A stretch of DNA of 64,000 bases from Camelus dromedarius (lineage: Eukaryota): contig NC_087436.1 of NCBI RefSeq assembly GCF_036321535.1, forward strand, positions 105,402,001-105,466,000, in the 5' to 3' direction. Each line of letters opens with the position of its first letter. Within the stretch, counting starts at the first letter, position 1. The position numbers and the translations under genes are program-made. The notes beneath the pieces were generated by a model that did not search any database, had not been told where the DNA came from, and saw only the letters and a list, made by a program, of their open reading frames with translations. Positions 11,850 through 24,365 of the stretch are shown here, in pieces.

Positions 11850-12705
11850 TGTCTCACTGAAAACAGAACCTTGATTTTTTTTCAGGTAGTAGGTGGAGTC
11901 CTAGGTGGGGAAGGATGACTGACCTCAGCCTGTTACGTAATCCCGTCCTTCTTTACTAGAGAGTACGTTCACCATCTTCCCTTGCACCTAGGGGTGCACC
12001 AACGTCCTAGTTAGGGTCTGTGAAATGTAGGGGAAAGCCTGTTGAGAAAATGTTAAAAGAGAGAGAGGAAGCAGGGGAGGAGGAGAAGAAGAAGGAGGTA
12101 GAAGTTCTTTCTCACTGCCCTGGCTCTCTCTCTGCTTTCTGCCTTTGAATGTAGCCATTATGTCTGGAGCTGCAGCAGCCAACTTGCTACCATGAGGTGA
12201 CGGGCATGAAGATAAAAAGACATCCCACAGGTGGCAGAGTATGAAGTTAGAACCGGGTCCTTTGCCTCATTGTTGAGAAACTAAGCCAGGCCTCAGACTG
12301 TCAACCAGTGATTTTTTTTTTTTAATTCAAGTGTAGTTGGTTTACAATGTTGTGTTAATTTCTGGTGTACAGCATAGTGATTCAGTTTTATATATATATA
12401 TTCCTTTTCATACTATTTTTCATTATAGGCTATTACAGGGTATTGAATACAGTTCCCTGAGCTATATAGTAGGACCTTGCTGATCTATTTTATATATATC
12501 AGTATCTGCAAATCCCGAACTCCCAATTTATCCCTTCCCACCCCATATCCCTCCTCTGGTAACTATAAGTTTGTTTTCTGTGTCTGTGAGTCTGTCTCTG
12601 TTTTGCATATAAGTTTATCTGTCCACAGATCTTTTCTTGAGTAAAGGTTTAATCCGGCAATAGTTGGTTGGGTATCTGATACTGGGAGCAAGACACATTG
12701 CAGCA
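11850..12705 (+). mobile_element. MLT1J/K-like MaLR LTR split by an L1 fragment
   Basis: TGTCTGGAGCTGCAGCAGCCAACTTGCTACCATGAGG..GGTGGCAGAG..GGGTCCTT..CATTGTTGAG motif; resumes after ~12625. Confidence 0.6.
12311..12625 (-). mobile_element. Artiodactyl-lineage L1 3' UTR fragment
   Basis: Poly(T), then TTTACAATGTTGTGTTAATTTCTGGTGTACAGCATAGTGATTCAG..GGTAACTATAAGTTTGTTTTCT. Confidence 0.8.
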
Positions 12706-13594
12706 GAGAGACTGAGTGTTAGTACGGAAAACACAATCTACATCCACATCAGTTATTTTAACAGTGATGGTTTAATTTTGGGAACTGGATGAACAGAGTC
12801 TTGAAAAGGCAAAAAAGGAACACAGAGGTATCAAAGAGGTAGTAACAGAAGGAAGTAGCTTCTGCCCATAAGACTGAGGGATCAGGAGAGACGCCCAGAC
12901 AGCCCAGCTGCCCCAGGCTGCAGGGTGAGCCCGGGGGAGTCCAGCCAAGGAACCAACCAAACAAACAATAGAACTGTGAGGATTAAGCTTTGAGGGTGAT
13001 CGTGCAGCAACAGATAACCGAAACAAGGTATTATGAAGAAAGCAGTCAGCGAAGGCAGAGTGCCCGGCAGCAGGACTTGATGGTGCTGGGGCAGGTAGGA
13101 GGTGACTAGGGGAGGGGCAAATGGCAGGGACGGATGGTGAGAAAAAAAGTCTGAGTCTCTGTTCTGACCTCTTGTCAGTGAGTCTCAGTGAGACCACAGC
13201 TGACAGTTGGTTCCTTTGGGTAGGAAATTCATGCTTACTGAATTCTCTCCTCTGCTTTCCCTCCCATCCCTTGACAGTGTGACTCCAGGGCATCTGTTGG
13301 GCCCTCTTCCTGCAATGCACCTCCCTGGCTCCTCATCTACCTAGTTCTACGCACCCTCATTCTGAGCATCCTCAGGGCGATCCTTGATCTGAACCAGAGT
13401 CCGTGTACTCTCTCAGGATATGCTGGGTTTTCCTAAGTAGCATTCATCTCAATTTCTAACTGTATCTTTATTTTTGAATTTTAAAGGTCCAGGCTCAGCA
13501 AAACCTAAAGCACTCACGCACCAAGACTCTGTAAGACGTGATGACTAAGAGCAGAACTTCCTCGTTCCTCACCCCCCATGTTAGTTTCTCTAGG

Positions 13595-13790
13595 CTATTG
13601 GTTCTCACAATGTGGTCCCAGTAGCAGATCAGCATCATTTGGCATCATCTGGGAACTTGTGAGTGATATAAATTCTCAGGCCCCGCCCCAGTCTTATTGA
13701 ATCAGAAACTGGGGTTGGGGGTCAGCACTCTGGGGTTTAACCAACTGTCCTGGTGATTTTGATGACGTGCTAAAGTTTGAGAACCACCGG
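13595..13790. mobile_element. MER5A MITE, near full length
   Basis: Inverted termini TGGTTCTCA / TGAGAACCA; internal ATTCTCAGGCCCCGCCCCAG..TGAATCAGAAACT. Confidence 0.8.
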
Positions 13791-14519
13791 TCTGGATGAT
13801 GAGGAGAAAGTTGAGTTAGCTGGGAAGCAAAGAATGACGAGGTAGCACCTGGAAAAAAGACAACCCTAGGGCAGCTTCCCTCTGCCATTGATTTGGCCAA
13901 ATCAGGGGGTGGTATCAGAAATGCCAGAACGGTTTGGAAGGAATGGGTCTGAATGTGCAAGGATTTTGGCCCAGGGAGAGAGAGGACCACACGGGCAGTT
14001 AACAGGTGAGGAGACTGAGTAACTTCCCAAATAACATAGCTAGGACTGCAGAACCCGGACTTGATCCCATGTCTATCTGTCTCTAGAATCTGCACGGCTA
14101 GCCAGCCAGCTTGACTGCCAGCCTCATCATCATTAAGAAATACATTTCCCATTTTTCCAAGAGAAGCAGCAAAGTGAGCATCTTAGCAGAGAAATACCCA
14201 GCACGCGGCTCTGGCTCTGAAGGTGGAGAGTGTGTCAGAGGCTCCGCGGGCAGCTGGCAGGCTGAGCTGTGGGCTCCCATGATATGGCTGTGCGCCTGTC
14301 TATCTCTCAGTCCTTTGCTCCAAGCGCTCAGGGTGAGGCCGGGGGGATAAACAGCAGCCAGCAATGCATCTCCCCAAGTTTATTTACTAAAACAACATTT
14401 TTTATTACCGGAACATGTTCACAGTGAAAATATGACAGCCTACGTTTTATGTTGCCATTGATCTTTAATCCAAGCCTGCCTCGAGGTTTCCTATAAAATC
14501 AGGGCTTCCTGGCCCCAAA

Positions 14520-15060
14520 TGTGATTCCAGCACCGGAATGAATGACGGCCCGGGCTGCACTTTTCTCATCTGAAAAGACTGAAATTGCTTTGTGTAAATG
14601 GGTGGAAAATGCTGATATTTGGATTCTATAAATAGCTCGCCTCCCGAGCGAGCAGTGCTGGATTCATCTGCGCGGTCTCCTTGGAGTGTTTGGGGCCTTA
14701 TCTCTGTTATCCAGGGTGCGGCATACAAATGAACCGCCCCGCAGTGCGCCCTGCCCGGCAGTGCGCGTTTGGAACATTTGGGCGCCTCTGGGGGTCGTGA
14801 GGGAGGGATGCTGCCGAAGGAGGCAGGATATTGCCTACGAGCGCGGCGGGGGCCTGGAGATGGGCACGAACCTCCCTTTAGGGGAGAGAGCCGCACAGCC
14901 CCTTCTCCCCGCTTCCATTTGCAGCCTGTGCCTGCCTGCGTGGGAGAAGGTTCTATCTATAGCACGCTATTTTTAGCACCATCATCTGAAGAACCTGACA
15001 GCCAGTTAATGACTGGGACCCATCGCGGCGTGTCTGCCAGGCTGTGGAATGCGAACAACG
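14520..15060. promoter_or_regulatory. Orphan CpG-island-like element with MEF2 sites (candidate enhancer)
   Basis: About 32 CpGs in ~540 bp by manual count, no repeat family recognised; CTATAAATAG at 14626-14635 and CTATTTTTAG at 14967-14976. Confidence 0.55.
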
Positions 15061-15889
15061 GGAGCAGATGTGCTCAAGCTCAAGGTTGCTGCATCTGAAA
15101 ATGTCCTTCCTTCCCTGGGAAGCAGGGCTGACTGGGGGGCTTCCCCCCCTTCTCTGAGAGCCCTCATAGGCATGGAGGGGGCATCTTGTTCATTTCTGGT
15201 GCAGTAAATGACCTCTTCCTTCCAGGACCCCATTCCTAGACACTGTTAACAGTCTGGTGAGATGGAGGGGAGAGGGAAGGCTTCGGGAGCAGCTCTGGGC
15301 GCTGAGAGTCTTATTTCACCTCAGGAGGATCAGAAACCTGAGAAGAAGACCAGTGCACAAACGCCCTGGTTAGAAAGCTGTAATTTTCCCCAAGGAGGGA
15401 GAGCTCTGGGTTTCAGAGATTCTGTGCCTCTCAGAGGCTGTACTCTGTATTGGCTCACAGCTCTGATTCTGGAGCTCCGGTGCCACATGCTCAGGAGACC
15501 CAGTGACCTCCCTGGGGCAACACAGACTGCCTCTCCTGCCTCTGTACCTTCTGCAGTCGCTGCGCCAGGACCAAGTTACCCATCACAGGGCCTGCTTGTA
15601 CTCCACTAATGAACACAGGGATGTGTTTGTCCATTCATTCGTCTTCTCACTCACCTTACTCAGGGACCAGGGACCAGGGACCAGGGTGGGCTGGCTGGCT
15701 TAGCACCAGGAGATCAGACTCAGGTTTAGGGATGTCATAGAAATACCCACAGCAGGGCCCCAGTCAGCCGGGGTCCAGTCCTGAGTAGGGTTGAGGGGCA
15801 ACATGGCAGGTGTGACCAGCGAAGGCCCCTCTGGGCACTTTGGCCACCTGTCAGGCCTCCTGGATAGCACCAATGACTGACGCATACGG

Positions 15890-16110
15890 CAGGTAGCATA
15901 TGCCAGGGCACCGTTCTAAGCACAACGCATGTCTCAGCTAGGAATTCTCACTGCAACCCCAGGAGATGGTATCCTGTTAGCGCTTCCGTTTTACAGGTGG
16001 AAAAAGAGAGGATAAGTAACTTGTCCAAGGTGACCCATCCATTAAGTGGGGGATCTGGGTTTGAAATCTAAGCTATCTTGTCCCACAGTTCCTGCCCTTA
16101 ACTGCTCTTC
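15890..16110 (-). mobile_element. MIR SINE
   Basis: TTTTACAGGTGGAAAA..AAGTAACTTGTCCAAGGTGAC..GGGTTTGAAATC. Confidence 0.7.
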
Positions 16111-16191
16111 TATATTGTCTCCAACTCAGCCAACCAGATTTAAGGGGACTTGAAATTCTTAACAGGCTCTCTCTCCCAGGGTCTGCTGGAA

Positions 16192-16417
16192 CAGTGCCGT
16201 CCAATCACAGCACTGTCTATGACGATGGGAAGTGCTATGTCTCTGCTGACCAGTGTGGTAGCCACTAGCCCCATGCGGCTACCAACTACTTGAAATGTAG
16301 ACAGTACGACTAAGAAACTAAATTTAAAATTTAATTTAATTAATTTCAATTTTAATTAATTTCAATTAATGTTGATAGCTGCATGGGGCTAGTTGCTACC
16401 TTATTGGACAGAGCAGC
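16192..16417. mobile_element. MER3 hAT-Charlie MITE, followed by a MER5-like piece to ~16585
   Basis: Termini CAGTGCCGTCCAAT / ATTGGACAGAGCAG; GTAGCCACTAGCC..ACTTGAAATGT and an AT-rich core. Confidence 0.75.
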
Positions 16418-16659
16418 TCTGACATCTACACATTTTAGTCAACTGTGGAGCTTTTACAGATGAGGATGCCAGCGTGCATTCCCAAACATTCTGATTTGGG
16501 CGCTCTGGGATAGGGCCTGGGCTTCATTGCTTTAAGAGATCTTCACGTGATTTGATGTGCAGTAAAGTGTTGAGACCACTGGGTTCCATGATATCCTAAA
16601 TCATTCTAGCCCCTTCTAGCCTCTAGTCAATGGTCCTCTATTCCTATCATGGCAGATAC

Positions 16660-17063
16660 TATAGATGATTCATTCAAAACCATTCTTAAACCCTTACTTT
16701 CCTCTACTATAGAGGTTAGAAAGCTAAATATATGATTTTATTAATGGCCATGCAGCTGAAAATGGCCATGTGACACTATTCTGGCCACAAACCATTAGCA
16801 GAATTCTGTGGGTGTTATTTCTTTGCCTTTCTTCTCCCTGCCTAGTATGCAACTAGATGCCCAGAGCTGTGGCAGCCATCTCATAACCATGAGGGAAGAC
16901 CAGGAGAGTTGCAGAACCACCTTGACATCACTGTGCAACTGAGTCAAATCCAGCAGCTGCCTACCTCTAGACTTCTTGTTTTGGGAAAAAAATATACAAC
17001 CTATTTGCTTAAGCCCCTCTAGTTATGTTTTCTGTCTCTTCCAGCCTAAAGCATTCCTAATAC
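16660..17063 (+). mobile_element. MLT1I/J-like MaLR LTR
   Basis: GGCCATGTGAC..TTCTGGCC..GCTGTGGCAGCCATCT..CCTACCTCTAGACTTCTTG..GCATTCCTAATACA. Confidence 0.7.
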
Positions 17064-17311
17064 AGCTATCTTATTTTCCTTGACCTTGAGATTGCTCTAA
17101 AGATTAAACATGTTGAGGTATGTGAAAGTGCTCTGCACATTGTAAAGCACTCAGCAAATGGACAGTGTTTGCAATCAGTTTGGAACTATTGCCAATCTCT
17201 GCTTTAGGCAAGAAATCCAAAGTTGAGGGCTTGAAATCCCTGCCATTCCAGGGCAAGTTGGGGAGGGTTCCAAATAGGGCTTTGGTGAGGGGAGGTGCAG
17301 AGTCCTGGGAA

Positions 17312-17422
17312 TAAGGTGGCCAACTTGTCCTGCTTTGTCTAGGGCTTTCCCAATTTCAGCAGTGAAAGTTCTGTATCCCAAGAAACCCCTCGGTCCTGGG
17401 CAAAACAGAATTGGTCGCCCTA
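17312..17422 (-). mobile_element. MER81-like hAT-Blackjack MITE
   Basis: Inverted termini TAAGGTGGCCAAC / TTGGTCGCCCTA; internal TGAAAGT..GAAACCCCTCGGTCCTGGGCAAA. Confidence 0.7.
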
Positions 17423-18314
17423 CTGGGGCTCAAGGAGCTCAGAGACCTCTCTTCCTTTGCAAAGCATCTGCTCTTCGATAAGGTTGCTAACTGACCCCAA
17501 GGGCCTAGCCACTCCTGGCTGGAAATTCCACCAGCTGATTGATATACTCTGGGCCAGAACATCCTCCACCCAGCATTTTAGTTGTGGTGCTGAAGATGAA
17601 TTAGAAATGTCCATGCACTTTCCTCGAAGCCTCCACTTTTTCTCTAAGAAAGAAGACTCTGGCATCCCCAGGGAGACAGGACTGACCTGAGGACTGGGAG
17701 TCCAGCACCTCTCACGGTGCCCAGCCCAGACACATGCTGATCGGATGAAGTGCCGAGGGCTGGTCTTGGCTCCCCATTCCAGCTGCTCTGTCCATGTTTT
17801 GCCTACCTCACTCCTCACCCCTTGCCTTTCATCTGAATGACAAATTGCAAAGGAAGCTCATGCATGTTATCTCTTTAAATTCTCCCAGAAGTCCTGGGAG
17901 ACTTCACTTCATTATCCTTCACTTCATCTACTTTATCTAGATGAGAAAACTGAGGCTTAGAATATAAACTGACTTGCCAGTTTCCCTTCAATTCCCATCA
18001 ATTTTTGCTGAGGTGTGAGAGGTGGTCCCGGCAGGGCTTTGGAATCTGACTGATCTGCTTTTGAATTCTGCCTCCTCTTCTCTGCCATATGACTTTAGGC
18101 ATTTAATCCTCTGAGCCTCACCTCTTGGTTTTCAGGAGACATAGATCAGAAAATGTGTCTGGAGTTCCCAAGACAGTGTCTGGCACCCAGGAGGGGCTCA
18201 GTAAGTGACCCCTCTCTACTCTTTTCCAACTTCCTCCCTCGACATCCCTTCCGCCATGTTTAAATTGTAACAAGCTTCTAAAGGATGAAAAGTCCTTTAA
18301 TGGTAACAGTTGAC

Positions 18315-18490
18315 AGCCATGTGCTAGGCACTGTTTCCAGCATTTGTGAATTCTCCTGGCCCTTTAGGTCCATACTATTTTCATTCCCATCCACAGATGA
18401 GGAAACTGAGGCACAAGGAGGCTAAATAACTTGTTTATGGTCTCAGAGGCCACCAGCTCAAGAAGGCATGTTCCTAACCACCACTCCATC
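18315..18490 (-). mobile_element. MIR SINE
   Basis: CCCATCCACAGATGAGGAAACTGAGGCACAAGGAGGCTAAATAACTTG. Confidence 0.7.
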
Positions 18491-18657
18491 CTGCCTTTTC
18501 TGATTTCCTAGTGGGGAATTCCAGGAGCTGATGGACAGGGTAGCTGGAGAGCCTATCTGGACCCTACATGCCTTCCGTGCTGTTTCGATCAAGTATAAAT
18601 TCACTTAAAGATAACACATTTCTTGAAAACATCATGGTGGATGCATACACTGGGGGC

Positions 18658-19093
18658 TGTATCAGTCTTCTGTTGCTGCTACAGCAAACTAACACAAACT
18701 TAGTGGCTTAAAATAACACAGATTTGTTATTTTACAGTTTTGGAGGTCATAAGTCCTAAATGAGTCTACCTAGGTTAAAGTCAAGGTGTTGGCAGAGCTG
18801 CATTCCTTCTGAGACTCCAGGGGAGAATCGATTTCTTTGCCTCTTCCAGCTTCTAGGGGCTACTTGCACTCTCTGACTTGTACCCATCCCCCTCAAAGTC
18901 AGCAGCACCTTCCAATCTGTGACTCAAACCTCCTCTTTATAAGGACCCTTGTGATTGGGCTCAGTCAAATAATCTGGGATAATCTCATCACAACATTCTC
19001 AACTTAATCATAAATACAAAGTCCCTTTTTTCATGCAAGGAAACATATTCATAGGTTCTAGGGATTAGGGAAACTTAGAATTCTGCTTACTAT
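18658..19093 (-). mobile_element. MLT1D-like MaLR solo LTR
   Basis: CACAAACTTAGTGGCTTAAAATAACAC..TCAAGGTGTTGGCAGAGCTGCATTCCTTCTG..TTCCAGCTTCTAG..AAGGACCCTTGTGATT. Confidence 0.8.
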
Positions 19094-20574
19094 TGGGGTG
19101 GGGCAGGGCTTGATGCCAAGCTCTATTATTTGTAGCTTTCTGTGCCCCAGTTTCCTCCTCTGTAAAGAGGGGTGATAATGAGGCTGGTGGAACTACCTAC
19201 CTCCTAGAAATGTAAAGATTAAAGGGGATGAGTTCTGTTTAGATGCTTTGTGAAGTTCTGTGAACATTTAATCTCTTGTTATTTAATAAAATGATACTGA
19301 GGGAGAAAGACTGGTTCAGGCCATCCAACCCTGATTAGAAACACTTGCCTCCTACAGCCCAGAAAACCCAGCTTAAGGTTACCTACTGTAACTCTTGCCT
19401 TTATTACCAGACTTGAAATGTGGGATAACTGCTCCCTATTTGGCTCAATAGGGCTCTTCTTTTTGACCATAACCACAGTCATGAAACAGTCCTTTCTTGT
19501 TTAGGGCTGTTTAAGTGAACACATCCTCCCATTTCTGTGAAAGACTTGATTTCATCTAGGAATATGCTTTTCACATCCCCTCCCCCAGCAGTCACGTGCT
19601 CTGGGGGCAGAATGAAGAACTGCAGGGGATGCAGGAGAACCAGAAGTCTACGTCTCTGCCCTTCCATGGGACTAGCACTTGAATGGGATGAGGCATTCCC
19701 CAGGGGATCTCCAGAGAACACATCTAAAGCATCCCGCAGGGCAGGTAGTCCTTGTGACACAAATAACCAAAAAGCCTTCTTCTACATACTCTCCATAAAA
19801 CAGTTAGTTTAATCCTCAGAATAACCCTAGGAGGCAAGTAAGGTCATTATTCCCATTTTGCAGATGGTAAAACCCAGGCACAGAGAGGTTAAACTGCTTG
19901 CCTAAGGCCAGACATCCTTGATGTCCAGAGCTTATTACCACTAGCCTTTACTACTTCTGTGGTCTCATCTCTCTTTATTCTCTCCACCCAGGGATATTTA
20001 CATTTTAACCAGACTCTTAAGCCTTAGCAACTACATAATAATGATAGAGAAGAAGAGGGTGATGATAGCAATAATAATAATGCCTAAGGCCAAAGAGGAG
20101 GACTTTTGGAAAAAAAGAGGAAGACTTATGGGTGGAAGGGTGTTGAAAGAGGGAGCTTGAGCTGGACTTAGAGGGTAGGTGAGGCTGTGTGGTGGGAGGA
20201 GGGAGGCAAGCCCTGTGGCAGAGGCTTCTTTAAGCAGAAGCCACAAGACCAGGCATATTTGGGGGTGGCTAAGAATTCTGCTTGATTTGATTGGAGTGGG
20301 GAATTTTTGGCCCATGTTGGAAGTTGAGGCCAGTCCTACTGATTCATTGCATGAGCATTTACTGAGTACCTCAATGGGCTAGGCCAGGTGTGATCCTTGG
20401 TGATGGGGAAATAGCAATAAATGACAGACAGTGAGGGCCCTGCCCTCCTGGAGCTGCCACTGCACTAAGAGAGACCTGTAAGAAAAACGAATGAAAAAAC
20501 ACCAGGAAGGTAGGTGCTGAGATGAAAATGAAACAAAGTAATGGGCACTGGAAGAGGTAATCCACCACAGGCAC

Positions 20575-20965
20575 TGCTCACCTCTGCTAAGAGGCCAAGG
20601 ATACAAGTACTGAGTGCTCTTTACCTGGGCCATTTCTCAGGGTTGTGTTTGCAGTGAGCAATCCTGTCTCCTGTCACACAAAGAGCAGATTTGCTTATTG
20701 CTTACTCTAAAAGGGATAAATTCCCTAAATGCAATTCTCTTCAGCCGTGATGCAAATCCACCTGGGCCCCTCCACATCATCCCCATAGGACGTGGGAGCC
20801 GTGGGAACCAATGCCAGCATCCAGCATCCTCTGCTACTTGCTGTGCTATGAGTGATAATCTCTTTGTTTCTGACCCGAGAGTCTCCTGTCTTCTGCCGGC
20901 ACCTAAGAAACTATAGCAGGCTAACTTTTTAGTTTGCAAATAGGGTAAAACCTCAGACACTGACA
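20575..20965 (+). mobile_element. ERV1 LTR, MER89/MER90/MER110 group
   Basis: 3' end GCAGGCTAACTTTTTAGTTTGCAAATAGGGTAAAACCTCAGAC..TGACA; internal CTCAGGGTTGTGTTTGCAG. Confidence 0.6.
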
Positions 20966-21050
20966 AAATGGTGGGTGATTAAAGAATGAAGTAGGGGATA
21001 GGTTGCTGACAAAATGGTGGGTGATAAAGAATGAAGTAGGGGATAGGTTG
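20960..21050. repeat. Head-to-tail tandem duplication (46 + 45 bp)
   Basis: CTGACAAAATGGTGGGTGAT(T)AAAGAATGAAGTAGGGGATAGGTTG occurs twice, differing only by a 1-nt indel. Confidence 0.95.
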
Positions 21051-21699
21051 GCTGGAGGTGATCATATCTTGATCTCAAGGGGCAGGGAAACACCGCCTGC
21101 TCTTAAAGTTACATGATTATGATTTGGCATTAAAAAAAGAGCTGTTAACACTCTTAATTAGGTGATTTAGGAAATTACATCTTGTGACTACAGGGCAGAT
21201 GGGGAGAATTGTTACATTCCTCAACATAAGAAGGAAAAGAAGGTAATGGCAATGTATCATGTTGTCTATTAGTTAATCTAAAATTTATAACAGAGATAGT
21301 ATAATACATAAGTGTATGTGGGTTAGTATTAATCTCTACTCTAAGGGCAATTAATATTTCAAGCATTCTAACCAAAAGACTTCAGGATGGTTGGTTAGCA
21401 CTTCAAATCAGAAGCCCAACCTCTTGAGGTGGCTACCACAAGCTTTTAGCTGTCTTTGTCTCAGATCAATATCAGAAGCTTTGTTGGTTAATGCAATGAA
21501 GCTTGCAATTATTTTTCATTGGTGAAATCAGTGGTATTCACTATGTGTGGATGGGCTTGAAATATTATACAGGAACTCTTGCTCTTGCATGAACAGAGGC
21601 GAAGAATCCAGGGAGCCCAACAGTGCATGAGTTCTCAAACTTGGCTGCACATGATCACCTGGCAGGAAGCTTTAAAAAATACCAACAACTGGGTTCTAC

Positions 21700-21910
21700 C
21701 TGCGGAATTGGTGTCCTATCACTTATGGACTATGTGAACTTGAGCAAGATACTAACCTCTGTGAGCCTCAGTTTCCTCATCTGTAACATGGGTATAAAAA
21801 TATGCTGACCTTATCTCGTGGTTGTGAGGATTTAATGAGTTAATTCATGTTGAACACTTAGTGTAGGAAGTAGCAAGTTCTCAATTAACTGTTAGCCATT
21901 ATTATGTTAT
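21700..21910 (+). mobile_element. MIR SINE
   Basis: AACCTCTGTGAGCCTCAGTTTCCTCATCTGTAACATGGG..GGTTGTGAGGATTTAATGAG. Confidence 0.8.
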
Positions 21911-22209
21911 TCTTATTCAAGCTATTTTTATTTTGATTTTTGGAAAACTTCCTAGTTGCTAGTTGGCTGAAACCTGCAACTGGGATATTGCCTTGAATGA
22001 ACTTTTCAGATGAGATGCTGTAGGAACTCCTGAAAAGACAGAGGCAGTCAGAACGTGATCTCACTTCCAGAATAAGTTGTAGGCACTGCTTTAGTGCCAG
22101 CTTGTGAGTAACTGTGTAGGTGGCAGGACTCAGCCTGAAACTTGCTTTCAATGAAACCTGTTGGCAAATGTGTGGAGCAGAGAACTTTTCCCCAGACATA
22201 CCTCTGGTT

Positions 22210-22680
22210 CAGGGATTCATATTGCTTTTTAGGACCATGGACCCCTTCAGCAGTCTGGTGAAGTCTGTAGATACCATTGCAGGAAAATAGAAAATAGTTT
22301 TAATGCATAAAAGCAAAATACTAGTATTAAGGAAAAAATGAATTACATAGAATTACAGTCATCAAAATATTAACACATGTATTATAATAATATATACACT
22401 TCTTTATTACCACCTTAAATACCAAGGTCTAGCAGTGGGTAGTGATCAGCATGAAAGATATTTTAGGGTATTTGTTAACAATTATAATATGATGTGAAAA
22501 AAAAATCTATCTGTGATTTCTATTAATGACAAAGTCACAAATACTCATACTACTGTGGTTTGTTGCCTCATTCATAATTAAAGACAATGCTAAATTTCAA
22601 TTGAAGTTTAATGAAAATAAATATATTTATCCAGTTCATGGACCTTCTTGAATTCCATGACCCTCAGATTAAAAACCCTT
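22210..22680 (+). mobile_element. Charlie4a-like hAT element
   Basis: CCATGGACCCCTT..CAGTCTGGTGAAG..AATGCATAAAA..GACAAAGTCACA..TACTGTGGTTTGTTGCC..GTTCATGGACC. Confidence 0.7.
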
Positions 22681-22810
22681 ATTGGGAGATGGCTAAGAGC
22701 TACCCAGCTAATAACTGGGTGAGACCAAATGGGCTTGCTTAGGTCACACTGTGGTGCTACACAGTGGGAAGGAAATGTGTCACAGGAGATTTTTTTTTTT
22801 TTTTTTTTTT

Positions 22811-23644
22811 TTAGTTTTTACTGCTGTATAACAAAAGACTCCAAAACTTAGTGGTTTAGAACAATGATTTATTAGTTTCCTCATGATTCTGTCAGTTAAG
22901 TATTTGGCTAGGGCTCCACCAGCTAATTTTCTACTAGCCTCAGTTGGAGTTTTTAATGTGTCTCCATTCACTTGGGAGCTTGGCTAGATCCGAAACTTCC
23001 AGGTTGGCCTCTCAGCCTGTGTGTTAGTCTGCTCAAGCTGCCCTAACAAAATATGGTAGATTGAGACCTTAACGGAAATGCATTTCCTTACAGTTCTGGA
23101 GGCCAGATAGTCCAAGGAGTTTCTTGTGAGGGCTCTCTTCCTGGCCTGTAGACGGCCACCTTCTTGATGTGTGTTCACATGGTCTTCCCTTGGTGTGAAC
23201 ATGTGGAGACAGCGCTCTCATCTCTCTCCTTATAAGGACACTAATACTATCAGATCAGGGCCCCACCCTTATGATTTCTTTTTATCTTAATTCCTTCCGG
23301 AAAGGACTTACCTCTAAATACAGTCACACTGGGGATTCAACATGAAATTTGGGGGAATGCAACTCAGTCCATAGCCTCCTCCAAGGGTTCTCTCTGTGCA
23401 TAACTGCTGACCATGCCGTCAGCTAGCCTGCACTTCCTTCCAGCATGGCGTCTGGGCTCCAGGGAAAGTAGCACCTGCCAGTCCTCTTCAGTCCTAGGCT
23501 TGGAAGTTCAGAAAGCCACTTCCACTTCCAAAACGTCACAGACCAGTCCAGATCCCAGGGGAGGGAAAACAGATATGAGGAGTGGCATGCAAGCACAGGA
23601 AGGGGAGGAATTATTGGGGCCACATATGGGGTCTGTTCACCACA
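22811..23644 (-). mobile_element. MLT1G/H-like LTR containing a nested MLT1A-like LTR (23020-23375)
   Basis: Outer: CTGCTGTATAACAAA..CCAAAACTTAGTGGTTTA and CCAGATCCCAGGGGAGGG..CACCACA. Inner: GTTAGTCTGCTCAAGCTGCC..CTTATAAGGACACTAAT..GGGCCCCACCCTTATGA..CAGTCCATAGC. Confidence 0.7.
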
Positions 23645-24201
23645 GAGACCTAAGAGGACTGGTGACTGCTTAGATCCAGGGCAGACGGAAGGGCTGAGTC
23701 AAAGCTGCTTCTGAGATTTTCTAGTCCAGGACATGCTTTTTTTGCTCACACATCAGACTTCTCCTACAGTTCCCGACATGCTCCAACTAAACCACCAAAA
23801 GCTATTCTGAGGCTTGAGAAGTATTCATCCAAATGAAGAAAAAGTGCCAATTTTATTAATACTCATTAGCAGACTTAATTATGCAGTGTGTCCTATACTG
23901 TCAATAATATAAGTGGCTGTTGCGTTAGTAATGAGAATGAAATGCCTTCATTATCCTAGCGTGTCTGACTACTGCTGCTATCTAAGCAGAGGGGATACTC
24001 CCCCCTTTGAGAGCCTTTGCTTCCAACCCACATCCCTGGTCGGAATCAGGTAGCCCTCCCTGGGCTCTTGTAACCCCGACACGTGTCTGTGGATTTGTTT
24101 CCAACATCTCTACTGGGATATAATTCGTAGACTATATATCATTTGCCAGGTCTAGCAACACTGGACTGAAAATCATCTTTTACCTGCTGGACCTCGCACA
24201 T

Positions 24202-24365
24202 CACTGGCTCTCTGCTTGGCTACACATTGGACCCCTTGGGGGAACTAAAAAATACTGCCGCCTGGGTCCCACCCTGTGAGATTCTGATTTACTGGATCTG
24301 GATGCACTGGTACTTTTAAAAGCTCTCCAGGTGATCCTAAGGTGACTCCAGGGTTGAGAACACTG
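24202..24365. mobile_element. MER5-type MITE
   Basis: GCCTGGGTCCCACCC..AGATTCTGATTT..TTTTAAAAGCTCTCCAGGTGAT..GGTTGAGAACACTG. Confidence 0.75.
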
